From a bacterium (lineage in GTDB: Bacteria > Patescibacteriota > Microgenomatia > UBA8517), in the NCBI GenBank assembly GCA_021824915.1, contig JAKAJP010000003.1, forward strand, positions 136-64,135: 64,000 nt of DNA. The letters run 5' to 3'. Below the pieces are notes generated by a model. It had not been told where the DNA came from. It saw only the letters and a program-made list of their open reading frames with translations, and did no database searches. Numbering within the stretch: position 1 is the stretch's first letter; every line of letters begins with the position of its first letter. Below, piece after piece: positions 1 through 9,605 of the stretch. The translations under genes were made by a program, and so were the position numbers.

Positions 1-1038
1 AGACTTTCAAGAAATGCCGGAGATCTTGGAATGTTGGTTGACCTGATGGACCAAGGAAAACTTCTAAAAATCAGAACCTTCTCCCAGACGTTTTCTAACA
101 CTCCAAATGAGAAATTTCTGCTAATGATCCTCTGCTCCCAAGCAAAGCTTGAAAATGACCAAAAAGGTGTGAATGTTAAACGGGGAATTAGACATAAATG
201 TGAGATGGGCTGGAGACCGGGAATGGCTCCAATCGGATATTACAACAGGGCATTCAATGGAGTTAAAGACATTGTTGTTGATCCGGACAGAGGCCATTTA
301 ATAACTGAGATGTTCGAAAAAGCAATTAACGGAGAACATGGCAGATCGATTAAAAAGTGGGCAGATAAGGTGGGACTTAATAATCGGTCAGGAAAACCAA
401 TTTATTTATCACAAATATATAGAATGCTTAAAGATCCTTTTTACTTTGGAGAATTTGAATATCCGGTTAATAGTGGAATTTGGTACAAGGGATCCTATCC
501 TCACTTAGTTACTAAAGAAATGTTTTTAAAGGTTCAAAAACTCAGAATGAGCATTCCACCAAAAGCTAAATGGCGTAGTAAAAACATATTGTTCAGAGGG
601 ATGTTCAAATGTGCCAGTTGCCAAGCAGGAGTAACCTGTGAAGAATCTTTTAGGGAAAGGTTACACGGAGAACCCCGAAGACACGTTTATTACCACTGTG
701 GAAGAATCAGGGACCCGAACTGTAAAGAACCTTTTGTATCTGAAAAAAAGTTAATAAGTTCCTTAAATAAATACATAAGTTTCATGGCAAATAACCATCC
801 TCAAACAGTGAAGTTATCTCCAAAGCTTAAAGCTGGAATGGATGCGTATAATAAAATTCGAGAAGAAGCTTTAATTCAACAAAATATTAACCCTAAAGAT
901 AAGGCCTTGTCATTTATTGAGTATGCCAAACATATTTTAAGAAATGGAACAAATGAAGAGAAAAAAGAAATGGCTATGGCATTTGATAAACAACTTTACC
1001 TTCATAACAGAGAAGTCTGTGGAGCTCCAATTAACTAA
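1..1038 (+). CDS. large serine recombinase, C-terminal recombinase and zinc-ribbon domains (5' end outside the window)
   Basis: The frame is open back to position 1. It has the recombinase-domain motif PGMAPIGYYNR and a Cys-rich zinc-beta-ribbon (CASCQAG...YYHCG), as in phiC31/TnpX/SpoIVCA-type large serine recombinases. The catalytic resolvase domain would lie upstream of the window. Confidence 0.7.
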   Translation, partial: RLSRNAGDLGMLVDLMDQGKLLKIRTFSQTFSNTPNEKFLLMILCSQAKLENDQKGVNVKRGIRHKCEMGWRPGMAPIGYYNRAFNGVKDIVVDPDRGHLITEMFEKAINGEHGRSIKKWADKVGLNNRSGKPIYLSQIYRMLKDPFYFGEFEYPVNSGIWYKGSYPHLVTKEMFLKVQKLRMSIPPKAKWRSKNILFRGMFKCASCQAGVTCEESFRERLHGEPRRHVYYHCGRIRDPNCKEPFVSEKKLISSLNKYISFMANNHPQTVKLSPKLKAGMDAYNKIREEALIQQNINPKDKALSFIEYAKHILRNGTNEEKKEMAMAFDKQLYLHNREVCGAPIN

Positions 1039-1080
1039 AACTTCACAGTATTGACTTAGAAAGTTATCGGAATTTACTTA

Positions 1081-1755
1081 TTAAACAAGAGATTCGGGAA
1101 GTGGACTTAAATCGTTAAATTCCAAATCTGGCCTAATTTCCCTTGTGGGCTGTTCGTGATTACGATTAATCCAAACTGCATCAAATCCTTGTTCTTTCGC
1201 TGGAATAATGTCATGAACATAGCTGGCTGCAACATGTAGAACTTCCCCTTTTGTGGCATTGAATCTTCTAAGCATTTCTTGCCAATGCCCATGGGACGGT
1301 TTATACGACCCCACTTCTTCGGCTGTTACAATGCCATCAAAATCTATGCCAATTAACTCAATTGACTTTTTAATAATTTCATTATCTATGTTCGAAAGAA
1401 TAATTAGTTTGTAGCCTTTATCCTTTAATTTAGCCAAAACATCATGTATTTCTGAAAAGGGTTGCCAGGAGTAAATAGAATTTGCAAATTCCAATGCGTC
1501 TTCGTCTGAAATATCAAAACCTTCTTGCTTTAAAAGTCTTTTTGAAGCTGATTGCAAAACATCGTGATATTTTCTATATTGTTCAGCCTCAACTGCCAAC
1601 TCAACTTTAATATATTTATCTGCAATACCATTCAAATCCAGATTAAAACCATGTTTATCAGATATTTGTTTGGTTGCATTTCGAATTCCGCCCTCCCAGT
1701 CAATAAGGGTGCCGTAACAATCAAAGGTGATATACTTCTTGTTTTTGAATTTCAT
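1081..1755 (-). CDS. HAD-superfamily hydrolase (haloacid dehalogenase-like)
   Basis: The N-terminal motif FDCYGTLID (DxYGTL) is the HAD motif I. Its 224-aa length is typical for HAD-IA enzymes. Confidence 0.65.
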   Translation of the reverse strand: MKFKNKKYITFDCYGTLIDWEGGIRNATKQISDKHGFNLDLNGIADKYIKVELAVEAEQYRKYHDVLQSASKRLLKQEGFDISDEDALEFANSIYSWQPFSEIHDVLAKLKDKGYKLIILSNIDNEIIKKSIELIGIDFDGIVTAEEVGSYKPSHGHWQEMLRRFNATKGEVLHVAASYVHDIIPAKEQGFDAVWINRNHEQPTREIRPDLEFNDLSPLPESLV

Positions 1756-1760
1756 AATGG

Positions 1761-2090
1761 TTAGAATATCTTGCCCCCAATTGGAACATCTTTATCCGGA
1801 ATCACCAGTATAGCCCTATGTTCTGAGTCGGGAAACCCCAAGGTTAAAACTTCTGAAACAGCAAGACCTATTTGAAAAGGAGGAAGGTTTACAACTCCGG
1901 CAACAAGCCTTCCTTTAAGCTCATCCTTCTTATAATGCGTAAATTGTCCAATTGATTGCTTGATTCCAATTTCTGGCCCAAAATCTACCTTCATCTTGTA
2001 AGAAGGCTTGCGGGCTTCTGGATAATCTTCTACTTCAACAATCCTACCAACTCTTATATCCAAATTTTTAAAATCTTCGATAGTAGCCAT
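1761..2090 (-). CDS. tRNA-binding protein (CsaA/YgjH-like, Myf/EMAP domain)
   Basis: The 109-aa protein has the DIRVGRIVEVE...KLKGRLVAGVVNLPP pattern typical of the OB-fold tRNA-binding domain. Confidence 0.65.
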   Translation of the reverse strand: MATIEDFKNLDIRVGRIVEVEDYPEARKPSYKMKVDFGPEIGIKQSIGQFTHYKKDELKGRLVAGVVNLPPFQIGLAVSEVLTLGFPDSEHRAILVIPDKDVPIGGKIF

Positions 2091-2102
2091 TGCTAAATTA
2101 TA

Positions 2103-2453
2103 TCAAACTTTGAAGCTGAATCCAGAAGCGTCAGCAACTTTGTCATCACCAAAAATTCCCTTTGCTATCCTTATTGTGTCCTGACGAGCCTCATTGGAAT
2201 TTCCTCGTATCTGACAGCTTGATGTCTCTTCTCTAAAATAGAGCAAGCCTCCTTTTGTTTGCATTATTCCAGCATCGTCAACTATTGGATAGTCACGGTC
2301 GCCTTTTCTGGCACTTTCTTTTACGCCATATTCATCTGCAATCTCGGCGTGTATAGCAAAAGGGTTATCCGAGTAGTAAATTACATCTCCAACTCGGATA
2401 AATTTCACACGGTTCAGCCCTTCGCGCTCGGTTTCTTTATTTATAGATGGCAT
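2103..2453 (-). CDS. hypothetical protein
   Basis: A clean 116-codon ORF that I cannot place in a family. It is co-oriented with the HAD and CsaA-like genes inside the islet. Confidence 0.4.
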   Translation of the reverse strand: MPSINKETEREGLNRVKFIRVGDVIYYSDNPFAIHAEIADEYGVKESARKGDRDYPIVDDAGIMQTKGGLLYFREETSSCQIRGNSNEARQDTIRIAKGIFGDDKVADASGFSFKV

Positions 2454-2703
2454 GTGGGGATTGTACTATAAGTCTATTTTAAATACAAGAAACCGTAAAT
2501 ATCAAAATATCATTATAAGTTAGCTTCAAGAAAGCTATATTTGACTAGTATAAACTAGTTGCTTCTGGCTCACAGAAACTGGATTCGAACGGAGCTTGTT
2601 TGAGCGTAGAAAACCGTTATAGTCCTAGTCTTTCAAAATAGCACTTTTGGAAGAAAATACGGGCTATTCGAGAGAGTATGGTCACTGAGGTTGCATATGC
2701 TTG

Positions 2704-2774
2704 CTGCGGAACTTGGATTCGAACCAAGATACCATCCTCCAGAGGGATGTGTCCTACCATTAGACGATTCCGCA
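2704..2774 (-). tRNA. tRNA-Gln (anticodon CUG); 3' CCA not encoded
   Basis: The minus-strand sequence is TGCGGAA-T-C-GTC..GAC-CATCC-CTCTGGA-GGATG-..-CTTGG-TTCGAAT-CCAAG-TTCCGCA-G. It has a perfect 7-bp acceptor stem, a perfect T-arm and an anticodon loop CU-CUG-GA. Confidence 0.75.
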
Positions 2775-2814
2775 ATATATGCGTATTTTACCATTCTCAT
2801 GAAGCCTAACCAAA

Positions 2815-3063
2815 TTACATTTTAAGAAGCTCGAAAACACGGAAAATGAGAAACGCCGGCCAGACAAGTGCCTTAAGGAGTCCAATTAAACCATCCATGA
2901 ATGTTGTCGAGTGTTGAATAAAATAAATCGCGGCACCGATCAAACCCAATCCATAAACCGCTCCACCACCAGCACCTCCACCATAGTGTTTGGTGACATT
3001 CTTAACAATTTTTACTTCTTTTGTGGGTTTCTCTTCCATCATTTGGTTGGAACAAATATCCAA
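2815..3063 (-). CDS. hypothetical small membrane protein (Gly-rich)
   Basis: An 82-aa ORF with two predicted TM segments. It overlaps the downstream PspC-domain gene by 25 nt. Confidence 0.35.
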   Translation of the reverse strand: MDICSNQMMEEKPTKEVKIVKNVTKHYGGGAGGGAVYGLGLIGAAIYFIQHSTTFMDGLIGLLKALVWPAFLIFRVFELLKM

Positions 3064-3224
3064 GCTATCAAATAAATAATGAGTCCAAATCCTGCAAAAA
3101 ACAAGGCCAAAAACAAAAGCCGGACAATAATCGGGTCGATGCTAAAATATTCGGAAAGTCCGCCACAAACCCCACCAATAACTTTTTCTTTCTGAGACCT
3201 ATAAAGCCTGTTTTTAACTGACAT
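3039..3224 (-). CDS. PspC-domain membrane protein
   Basis: GGVCGGLSEYFSIDPIIVRLLF followed by a TM helix matches the phage-shock-protein-C domain consensus. Confidence 0.6.
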   Translation of the reverse strand: MSVKNRLYRSQKEKVIGGVCGGLSEYFSIDPIIVRLLFLALFFAGFGLIIYLIAWIFVPTK

Positions 3225-3265
3225 TACAAAATTGTATCTTCAATATTCCGAAACTGTCAATGGGG

Positions 3266-3883
3266 TTAATTGAAACGCGTAGAAAGCGGAATGAAAGATG
3301 TATCGCTCAAATCAAACCAAAATGACGGGCCAAGACCCCCATCGTTTTTATTAGTATTAATAACCATCAAAGTGGGAGCCGCCCAACCTGTAACATCCGT
3401 AATTTTATAATTTGTCTCTTTGGCTTCAAATCTACCAACAATTTCAATCGTTTGATTGTCCCGGGAAACTACCGCACCAGTAGAATTCACAACAATATAG
3501 GAAACAGTACTCGGACCATTTACTTTCAAGAAAAAATATTTATTATCAGGTGAAAAAGTGTTATATGGAATTGAAACTGACCAACCTGAATCATAAGTCT
3601 TACTAAAAACCACATTGGCAACTCCATCTTCACCGGAGACACTAACAGTGTAGGTGGTTTCGGCTCCATCTTTCTTTTCAAGCATTTCTAAAGTTTTCTG
3701 ACCATCGGGTGAACCAATTTTTGTAACATTTGAGGAAGATGGCGACGGGGTAGTAATCGGAGCAGCCAGAAGCTCCGGCAGATTTTTAGGCTTCTGATCA
3801 CGATTTTTAACCGCAAAAATCCCAATTACTCCCAAAACCACAACAACAAACAAAATCAATAATTTAGAGAGGTGCTTGTCCAT
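3266..3883 (-). CDS. hypothetical secreted or membrane-anchored protein
   Basis: An N-terminal TM/signal anchor followed by a Pro/Ser-rich linker. It overlaps the stop of the upstream L,D-transpeptidase gene. Confidence 0.45.
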   Translation of the reverse strand: MDKHLSKLLILFVVVVLGVIGIFAVKNRDQKPKNLPELLAAPITTPSPSSSNVTKIGSPDGQKTLEMLEKKDGAETTYTVSVSGEDGVANVVFSKTYDSGWSVSIPYNTFSPDNKYFFLKVNGPSTVSYIVVNSTGAVVSRDNQTIEIVGRFEAKETNYKITDVTGWAAPTLMVINTNKNDGGLGPSFWFDLSDTSFIPLSTRFN

Positions 3884-4577
3884 ATATTGTTATCTTTGTA
3901 CCGGGATTGTCTGAATTTGAAACATTTACATTCCCATTTGTCGGCGGATTTACCCAGTAATAAAGCTTCTCAGCGTCCACTATTCTCATATTTACACAGC
4001 CATGACTCATTGGATGACCGAAGTTGTTATGCCAATAGGCACCATGTAAGCTAAAACCATCCCCAGCAGATACTCCACTACCTGAAAAGAACATTACAAA
4101 CGGGACGTTCGGAAGATCATAAAAGTCCGCACCCGTACCCCCCGTCATACGTGTAGCCCTCAACTTTTCCCAAATTGTAAAATCTCCAGTCGGAGTCGGA
4201 TGCCACTTACCGGTAGAAACATAGGTTTTCATAAAAAGAGTATCTCCTTGATAAGCAGTTAATGTTTGTGTCGTCAGATCAACATAGATATGCTTTTCAC
4301 CGGTTCCGGTAGATTCCGCCAGAACTTTGCTTTTTGCTTCGGATTCGCCCAAACTAACCGACGGTGGCTTAATCTTTTGTCCAGCAAAAACACCCAATGA
4401 ATCGTTTTCAACTTTCAATTTAGCACTATCCATGCAACTGATTGAATTTGCGCAAACACGGGGTTTCATGAATATTGCTAACGAACCCAAACCCAAAAAA
4501 GTGGAGATAGCTACCGCACCAACCAAGAAAGTGAGTATACCAGTGACAAATGAAGACCCAAATTTCCTTCCAGCCAT
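3864..4577 (-). CDS. L,D-transpeptidase (YkuD/ErfK family)
   Basis: The catalytic signature HGAYWHNNFGHPMSHGCVNM (His...SHGC) is preceded by an N-terminal TM anchor. Confidence 0.7.
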   Translation of the reverse strand: MAGRKFGSSFVTGILTFLVGAVAISTFLGLGSLAIFMKPRVCANSISCMDSAKLKVENDSLGVFAGQKIKPPSVSLGESEAKSKVLAESTGTGEKHIYVDLTTQTLTAYQGDTLFMKTYVSTGKWHPTPTGDFTIWEKLRATRMTGGTGADFYDLPNVPFVMFFSGSGVSAGDGFSLHGAYWHNNFGHPMSHGCVNMRIVDAEKLYYWVNPPTNGNVNVSNSDNPGTKITIYGQAPL

Positions 4578-4617
4578 TCATCCAGATTACCAGCTTTTCT
4601 GATATAATGTAAAGAGT

Positions 4618-4923
4618 TTGATGACAGAGAACGAGACGGTCAAAATATCCAAAAAACTGTTAATAACAATAGGGGTTCTCGTTGGCATCATTGCAATTTG
4701 TATCGGCAGCCTACTTTTTAATTACTTCCAGTTCTTAAGACGCGCTCATAGCACCTTTGAAAACTATTATGCATTCAGGGGATGCTCCAAACTTTTAACC
4801 AAAACCGACACTTACGGACTCTGTAAAACAAACACCGGAGAGACAATAAAAATTATAAAGTTCAATGGACGTTGGTACTTGGATGGCGACCTTCCCACCT
4901 GCTTCGTGGGTCTTTGTTTCTAA
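4618..4923 (+). CDS. hypothetical membrane-anchored Cys-containing protein
   Basis: A 101-aa ORF with one TM helix and four Cys residues. Not placed in a family. Confidence 0.35.
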   Translation: MMTENETVKISKKLLITIGVLVGIIAICIGSLLFNYFQFLRRAHSTFENYYAFRGCSKLLTKTDTYGLCKTNTGETIKIIKFNGRWYLDGDLPTCFVGLCF

Positions 4924-6083
4924 TCTTTCTTGAGTAAAAGAAGAAAAACACCTCCAAAAAAAACAAATATTGCCGCAGTAGCAAAGACTGTTGTGTGACC
5001 GATCTTATCATAAATAAGTCCGGCAAGAATGCCTGCAACAAGACCAGAAAGACCGACAACTGTATTGAACCACCCAACCGCACTTGCTTGCAATTCTTTT
5101 GGTGAAAAATCTGATGCATATGCCTTACCCGAGGTTCTAAAAATGCCCATATAAAAGCCAAAGAGAACAAATGAAACTGTAATTACTAAGAAATTGTGAG
5201 TTGCTGCGAAACCGACTAACGAAATAAAAAATAAAATAAAGCTGGATAAAAGTACATATTTTCTGCCAAACTTGTCTGCCCAAACCCCTGCAGGGTAAGA
5301 AATCAAAGCAGCGGCTAAATTGTAAAAAGCGTAAATAAAAATTGTTCCGATGAGAGAAATTCCAACATTTTTGGTTTCCAAGATCATAAACGAAGAGCTG
5401 ATATTCCCGATTCCAAAAATACCGATTACTCCTAAGTACTTCCAATAATTTTTAGGGAATTTAAAAACGTTAATATTGAGTTTCGATTTCGGGATAAAAA
5501 CCCCTGCCTTTTCCTTAACCAAAAAAACTGTCAATACAGCAAAAAGCCCCGGGATAATAGACAAATAAAATATTGAGCGGATTCCAACATTAAAATAATA
5601 TAGAAGAGCAATTGCGAGCAAGGGACCAAAGAACGCACCAATATTGTCTCCTATTCCCTCAAGGCCAAAAGCCTTACCGCGATTCGCTTCATTAACAGAA
5701 TTTGCAATTAATCCATCTCGTGGCGCCGAACGGATTCCAGTTCCAAGGCGGTCACTTGAACGGGCCGTCAAAACCTGAGTCCAAGAGTTAGAAAGCCCAA
5801 TAAAAGGTTTACTTATTGCTGCAATTAAATATCCCGCGACTGCAACCGCTTTTCTCTTTTGAATTTTATCAGAAAACGAACCTGAAACCCCCTGAATTAT
5901 ATTTTGCATTGCTATTGCAATTCCTTCCACAATCCCGACAACCGCACCGCCCACCCCGAGAGTAGTTGTAAGGAAAATAGGCAACACCGGATAAAGCATT
6001 TCCGTACTAATATCTGCAAAAAGAGAAGTGAAAGTCAGAAGAAACGTGTCTTTAGTTAAACCGGCAAAATATTTTTTGTTCAC
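4920..6083 (-). CDS. MFS transporter
   Basis: About 12 TM segments. The loop motifs (GxxSDKxQKRK, DKFGRK) are typical of the major facilitator superfamily. Confidence 0.7.
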   Translation of the reverse strand: MNKKYFAGLTKDTFLLTFTSLFADISTEMLYPVLPIFLTTTLGVGGAVVGIVEGIAIAMQNIIQGVSGSFSDKIQKRKAVAVAGYLIAAISKPFIGLSNSWTQVLTARSSDRLGTGIRSAPRDGLIANSVNEANRGKAFGLEGIGDNIGAFFGPLLAIALLYYFNVGIRSIFYLSIIPGLFAVLTVFLVKEKAGVFIPKSKLNINVFKFPKNYWKYLGVIGIFGIGNISSSFMILETKNVGISLIGTIFIYAFYNLAAALISYPAGVWADKFGRKYVLLSSFILFFISLVGFAATHNFLVITVSFVLFGFYMGIFRTSGKAYASDFSPKELQASAVGWFNTVVGLSGLVAGILAGLIYDKIGHTTVFATAAIFVFFGGVFLLLLKKD

Positions 6084-6123
6084 GATTTAATCGTAACACA
6101 AAAAGGTTTTCTTCTACTTAAAA

Positions 6124-6132
6124 TGTTAAAAT
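6124..6132 (+). promoter_or_regulatory. extended -10 element (TGtTAAAAT) ending 6 nt before the bcp ATG; candidate leaderless promoter
   Basis: TG-N-TAAAAT sits at 6124-6132 and the ATG at 6139. There is no SD. Confidence 0.35.
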
Positions 6133-6138
6133 GGTTGC

Positions 6139-6591
6139 ATGAAAACAAAAGACTTTGAACTTCCGGATCAAAATGGGAAAGTCCACAAATTATCCGATTA
6201 TAAGGGAAAATGGATTGTACTTTATTTTTATCCAAAGGACGACACCCCAGGGTGCACCAAAGAAGCCTGCAACTTCCGCGATTCAATCGATAAATTTCAA
6301 AAAATTGGAGCTCAAATTCTAGGAGTTTCTAAAGACACAATAGCCTCTCATAAAAAATTTGCTGAAAAATATAAATTAAACTTTCCAATTCTCTCCAATG
6401 AAACCAAAGAAGTGATCAAGGCTTATAAATCTTGGGGAATTAAGAAATTTATGGGAAGGCAATTTGAAGGGATAATAAGAAACACTTATCTTATTGACCC
6501 AAACGGAAAAATTAAAAAGTTTTACGAGAAGGTTAATCCTCTGACTCATCCTTCGGAAGTTCTTTCCGATATAAAATCTCTTCAAGTATAA
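6139..6591 (+). CDS. bcp: thiol peroxidase / peroxiredoxin Bcp
   Basis: FYPKDDTPGCTKEAC holds the peroxidatic Cys in the Bcp/PrxQ context. The protein is 150 aa. Confidence 0.8.
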   Translation: MKTKDFELPDQNGKVHKLSDYKGKWIVLYFYPKDDTPGCTKEACNFRDSIDKFQKIGAQILGVSKDTIASHKKFAEKYKLNFPILSNETKEVIKAYKSWGIKKFMGRQFEGIIRNTYLIDPNGKIKKFYEKVNPLTHPSEVLSDIKSLQV

Positions 6592-6598
6592 TTAATAT

Positions 6599-7762
6599 AT
6601 GTTCCAGCGCATTGTGATCACCATCCTCGGGATTGCCATTGGCTTAGCCGGGGGATATTTGATTATTCTTTTATCGACCCCAAAAACCTCAAAAAAGGTT
6701 CAACAAAGTATATTTAGTCCTCAAAAAAGAGAAGTTGTGGGGTTCCTTCCATTCTGGTTGATAGACAAGGCCGACAAAGACTATTCCCCATTCATAACTA
6801 CACTTTCATATTTCAATCTGAATGTTGACGGTAACGGAACGATTAAAAGAATGGATAATCAAGTTGAAGCTGACCCGGGTTGGAACGCATTGACAAGCGG
6901 AAAGGCTAACGATTTATTAACAAAGGCCAAATCTGCTCAAGAAAAGTTATCACTTACAATGTTTGCAAGTGATATAGACATAATAAATTCTCTCCTCGCT
7001 GACCCTGTTACGAACGCTCAAAATTTGATTACAGACGTATCTCCGGTTATGCAAAAGTATGGTTTTACCGATCTGAACATGGATATTGAACAAATACCGG
7101 ACGCTTCCCCAGAAGCACAAATCAAGTATTCTCAATTTATTTCAAATATCAAAGACGGGCTTAATTCTCGAAATCTTGGTTCCTTAACAGTAGATATCAG
7201 CCCAATCGCATTTGTCAGAAATAAAAACCTAATTGATCCAAAACTAATTTCACCATATGTTGATTACATTGTCCTTATGGCCTATGACTTCCATAATCCA
7301 GGATCTCTGGTTACAGGACCAGTTTCTCCAGTTTCCGGAGCCGGAAAAGTTTCCGAGTTTGACACGGAAACAGCCATCCAAAAAGCCCTTGAAATTTTTC
7401 CAGCGTCAAAAATAATTCTTGGAATTCCTTTATATGGATACTCATGGGAATCGATAGATAATTTCCCCCGCGCAGCAATCGTTCCGTCAACTGCAATTAT
7501 TATTAGTAACCGTACGGTTGAAGATTTAATAGCCAACTGCGCAACTTGCAGCGCGCAGTATGACACAACCGACAAAGAATCGCATCTTATTTACAAAAAC
7601 ACTGACACTGGAACATTCCAACAAATTTTTTATCCTGACCAAAGGGCCACCCAAGACAAAGTTGATCTCGCAAATAACTATAATCTTGGTGGTGTGGCGC
7701 TTTGGGCGCTTGGCTATGAAGGGAATACTATTCTACAACCACTGTCCGCGTATCATCGTTAA
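6599..7762 (+). CDS. glycoside hydrolase family 18-like protein (chitinase / YaaH-like), membrane anchored
   Basis: An N-terminal TM is followed by the FTDLNMDIEQ (DxxDxDxE-like, with N at the second position), MAYDFHNPGS, LGIPLYGYSWE and GGVALWALGYE motifs of GH18. Confidence 0.6.
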   Translation: MFQRIVITILGIAIGLAGGYLIILLSTPKTSKKVQQSIFSPQKREVVGFLPFWLIDKADKDYSPFITTLSYFNLNVDGNGTIKRMDNQVEADPGWNALTSGKANDLLTKAKSAQEKLSLTMFASDIDIINSLLADPVTNAQNLITDVSPVMQKYGFTDLNMDIEQIPDASPEAQIKYSQFISNIKDGLNSRNLGSLTVDISPIAFVRNKNLIDPKLISPYVDYIVLMAYDFHNPGSLVTGPVSPVSGAGKVSEFDTETAIQKALEIFPASKIILGIPLYGYSWESIDNFPRAAIVPSTAIIISNRTVEDLIANCATCSAQYDTTDKESHLIYKNTDTGTFQQIFYPDQRATQDKVDLANNYNLGGVALWALGYEGNTILQPLSAYHR

Positions 7763-8375
7763 AAATCAATTTCTTACCCGCTGAGATGGTGGTCACGCTT
7801 GTAATATTGTCGGTGTCATTATAAGAAAAAGTGGCCGATCCACTGACAACTTCGAGAGTGATAATCGGTTTTTTATCATCCAAACTTACATTTATATCAC
7901 CACCGTTTTCAATCAACAAATGAAGTGTACGAATCGAAACCGGAACGCCATCCAATTTTTTGTATTCAACAACCCCTGCCCCCTGTACCAAAACAATATT
8001 GGCAGGTAAGGTTTGAACAAAATCAACTTCACTTTTTTCACCTATATTTACTTCAAGGTTTTTATCAAATAAAACGCTAGTATTACTTTTTTCTTTTGTT
8101 ATTAAATTTTCCCCCTGTTGAATGTTGATAGGCGAACCAAGTTTTGCGGAATCGGTTGCAACTCGACTCTGCCAAAATATATCTCCATTCATCTTTGTAA
8201 TTTTTCCGATCAAACTATCACTTGGCGCTTTTTCCAAAGAAAAACCAGAAGTCCTGAAAATAGTTTGTAAATTAGGAATTGTTATAACTTTAGACCTTCC
8301 GATAAATGTTGAGTAGCCAACCATTAGGAAAAGTCCGATACAAATCATCATGACAAAGAGTAGAAGATTCTTCAT
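7728..8375 (-). CDS. hypothetical secreted protein (last gene of the MacAB-like operon)
   Basis: An N-terminal signal/TM. It lies directly downstream of the ABC permease gene. Confidence 0.4.
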   Translation of the reverse strand: MKNLLLFVMMICIGLFLMVGYSTFIGRSKVITIPNLQTIFRTSGFSLEKAPSDSLIGKITKMNGDIFWQSRVATDSAKLGSPINIQQGENLITKEKSNTSVLFDKNLEVNIGEKSEVDFVQTLPANIVLVQGAGVVEYKKLDGVPVSIRTLHLLIENGGDINVSLDDKKPIITLEVVSGSATFSYNDTDNITSVTTISAGKKLIFNDDTRTVVVE

Positions 8376-8399
8376 ATAACAATTATATAATTAAAGTGA

Positions 8400-9605
8400 T
8401 TACTCGTACTTTAGCGCTTCGATTGGATTAAGTTTCGATGCGCGCGCTGCCGGAGCAACTCCAAAAATTATTCCGATAAGGGCGGAGACACCAAAAGAAA
8501 GGAGAATGCTCCACCATGTAACAGTGGTTTCAATGAAATTGCTCAAACCCCAAGCCCCCAGACTTCCAATAATCACACCAATAAGTCCACCACCCAATGA
8601 AAGAACAATAGCCTCGATTAAAAACTGATATAAAATATCCTTGGGTTTTGCTCCAACTGCTTTTCTAAGACCAACCTCACGTGTTCTTTCGGTAACAGAG
8701 ACAAGCATGATATTCATAATTCCTACACCTCCGACGAGAAGAGAGATTGCCGCTATTCCGCCAAGTGCCAATGTTAAAACACTAAGAACTTGGTTTATTG
8801 TCTGAAGTAGATTAGAAGAATCAACTACCGAAAACTCATCATCTTTAAGGCGTTTGCCAAGCTCCTTTTTGACCATATTGATTACCACAGGAATTGAGTC
8901 TTTATCTTTTGCCTTAACCCCAATACTTTGAACCGATTTTAAGCCAAAAAGTTTTTGCGCAGTGGTTAACGGCATTATGGCAAACTCGTTTGTATCAACT
9001 CCAAAACCGCTAGATCCGAATTTATTTAATACTCCAATGACCCTAAATTTCTGTCCGCCAATAGTTACACTTTTACCCAATGGGTTGCCGGAGCCAAAAA
9101 GCTTCGGCGCCAGGGTTTGACCCAAATCAACCACATTCTTGCTAACTCGATCGTCAGCATCTGTATAAACCCGACCGGAGGCAGCTGATAAATTCATCAT
9201 TTTTAAATATTCAGCACTAAAACCGCCAATAGTCGTATATCTTGACTTTCCGGCGTAAGAAACGTTTGAAGTCGATTCAATAGATGCCCCGACCATCTCT
9301 ATCGGACTTCCCAGTTTAGAAATTCTCTCAACGTCATTTAAACTGAGCTTACTGACAAAAACACTATGAGCAGTGGTGGCTACCCCACCACCGGCTCCAA
9401 ATTTTCCGGGCAGAACCATAACCACATTTGTTCCCAATGATTCGAATTGATTTGTTATATAACTTTGCAACCCCTGACCTATTGAAACAAGAAGAATCAC
9501 AGCGGAAACACCAATGATTATTCCAAGCATGGTAAGGAGAGACCTTGTTTTGTTTCTAAGTAAACTCTGAATTGATAATTTCAAAATCTCGCCCGTTGGT
9601 ATCAT
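8400..9605 (-). CDS. ABC transporter permease, FtsX/MacB family
   Basis: An N-terminal TM, then a periplasmic MacB_PCD-like domain, then a C-terminal 3-TM FtsX domain. The start overlaps the ATPase gene stop. Confidence 0.75.
   Translation of the reverse strand: MIPTGEILKLSIQSLLRNKTRSLLTMLGIIIGVSAVILLVSIGQGLQSYITNQFESLGTNVVMVLPGKFGAGGGVATTAHSVFVSKLSLNDVERISKLGSPIEMVGASIESTSNVSYAGKSRYTTIGGFSAEYLKMMNLSAASGRVYTDADDRVSKNVVDLGQTLAPKLFGSGNPLGKSVTIGGQKFRVIGVLNKFGSSGFGVDTNEFAIMPLTTAQKLFGLKSVQSIGVKAKDKDSIPVVINMVKKELGKRLKDDEFSVVDSSNLLQTINQVLSVLTLALGGIAAISLLVGGVGIMNIMLVSVTERTREVGLRKAVGAKPKDILYQFLIEAIVLSLGGGLIGVIIGSLGAWGLSNFIETTVTWWSILLSFGVSALIGIIFGVAPAARASKLNPIEALKYE

Noticed and set aside
2566-2600. 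A possible tmRNA (ssrA) 5' end, because of the CTGGATTCGAACGGAG motif that resembles the tmRNA GGAUUCGACGGG region
   Set aside because: A plus-strand tmRNA of about 350 nt would have to run through the minus-strand tRNA-Gln and the following ORFs. No matching 3' acceptor strand (GTGAGCC-ACCA) occurs downstream. I treat it as a degenerate tRNA-like remnant instead.
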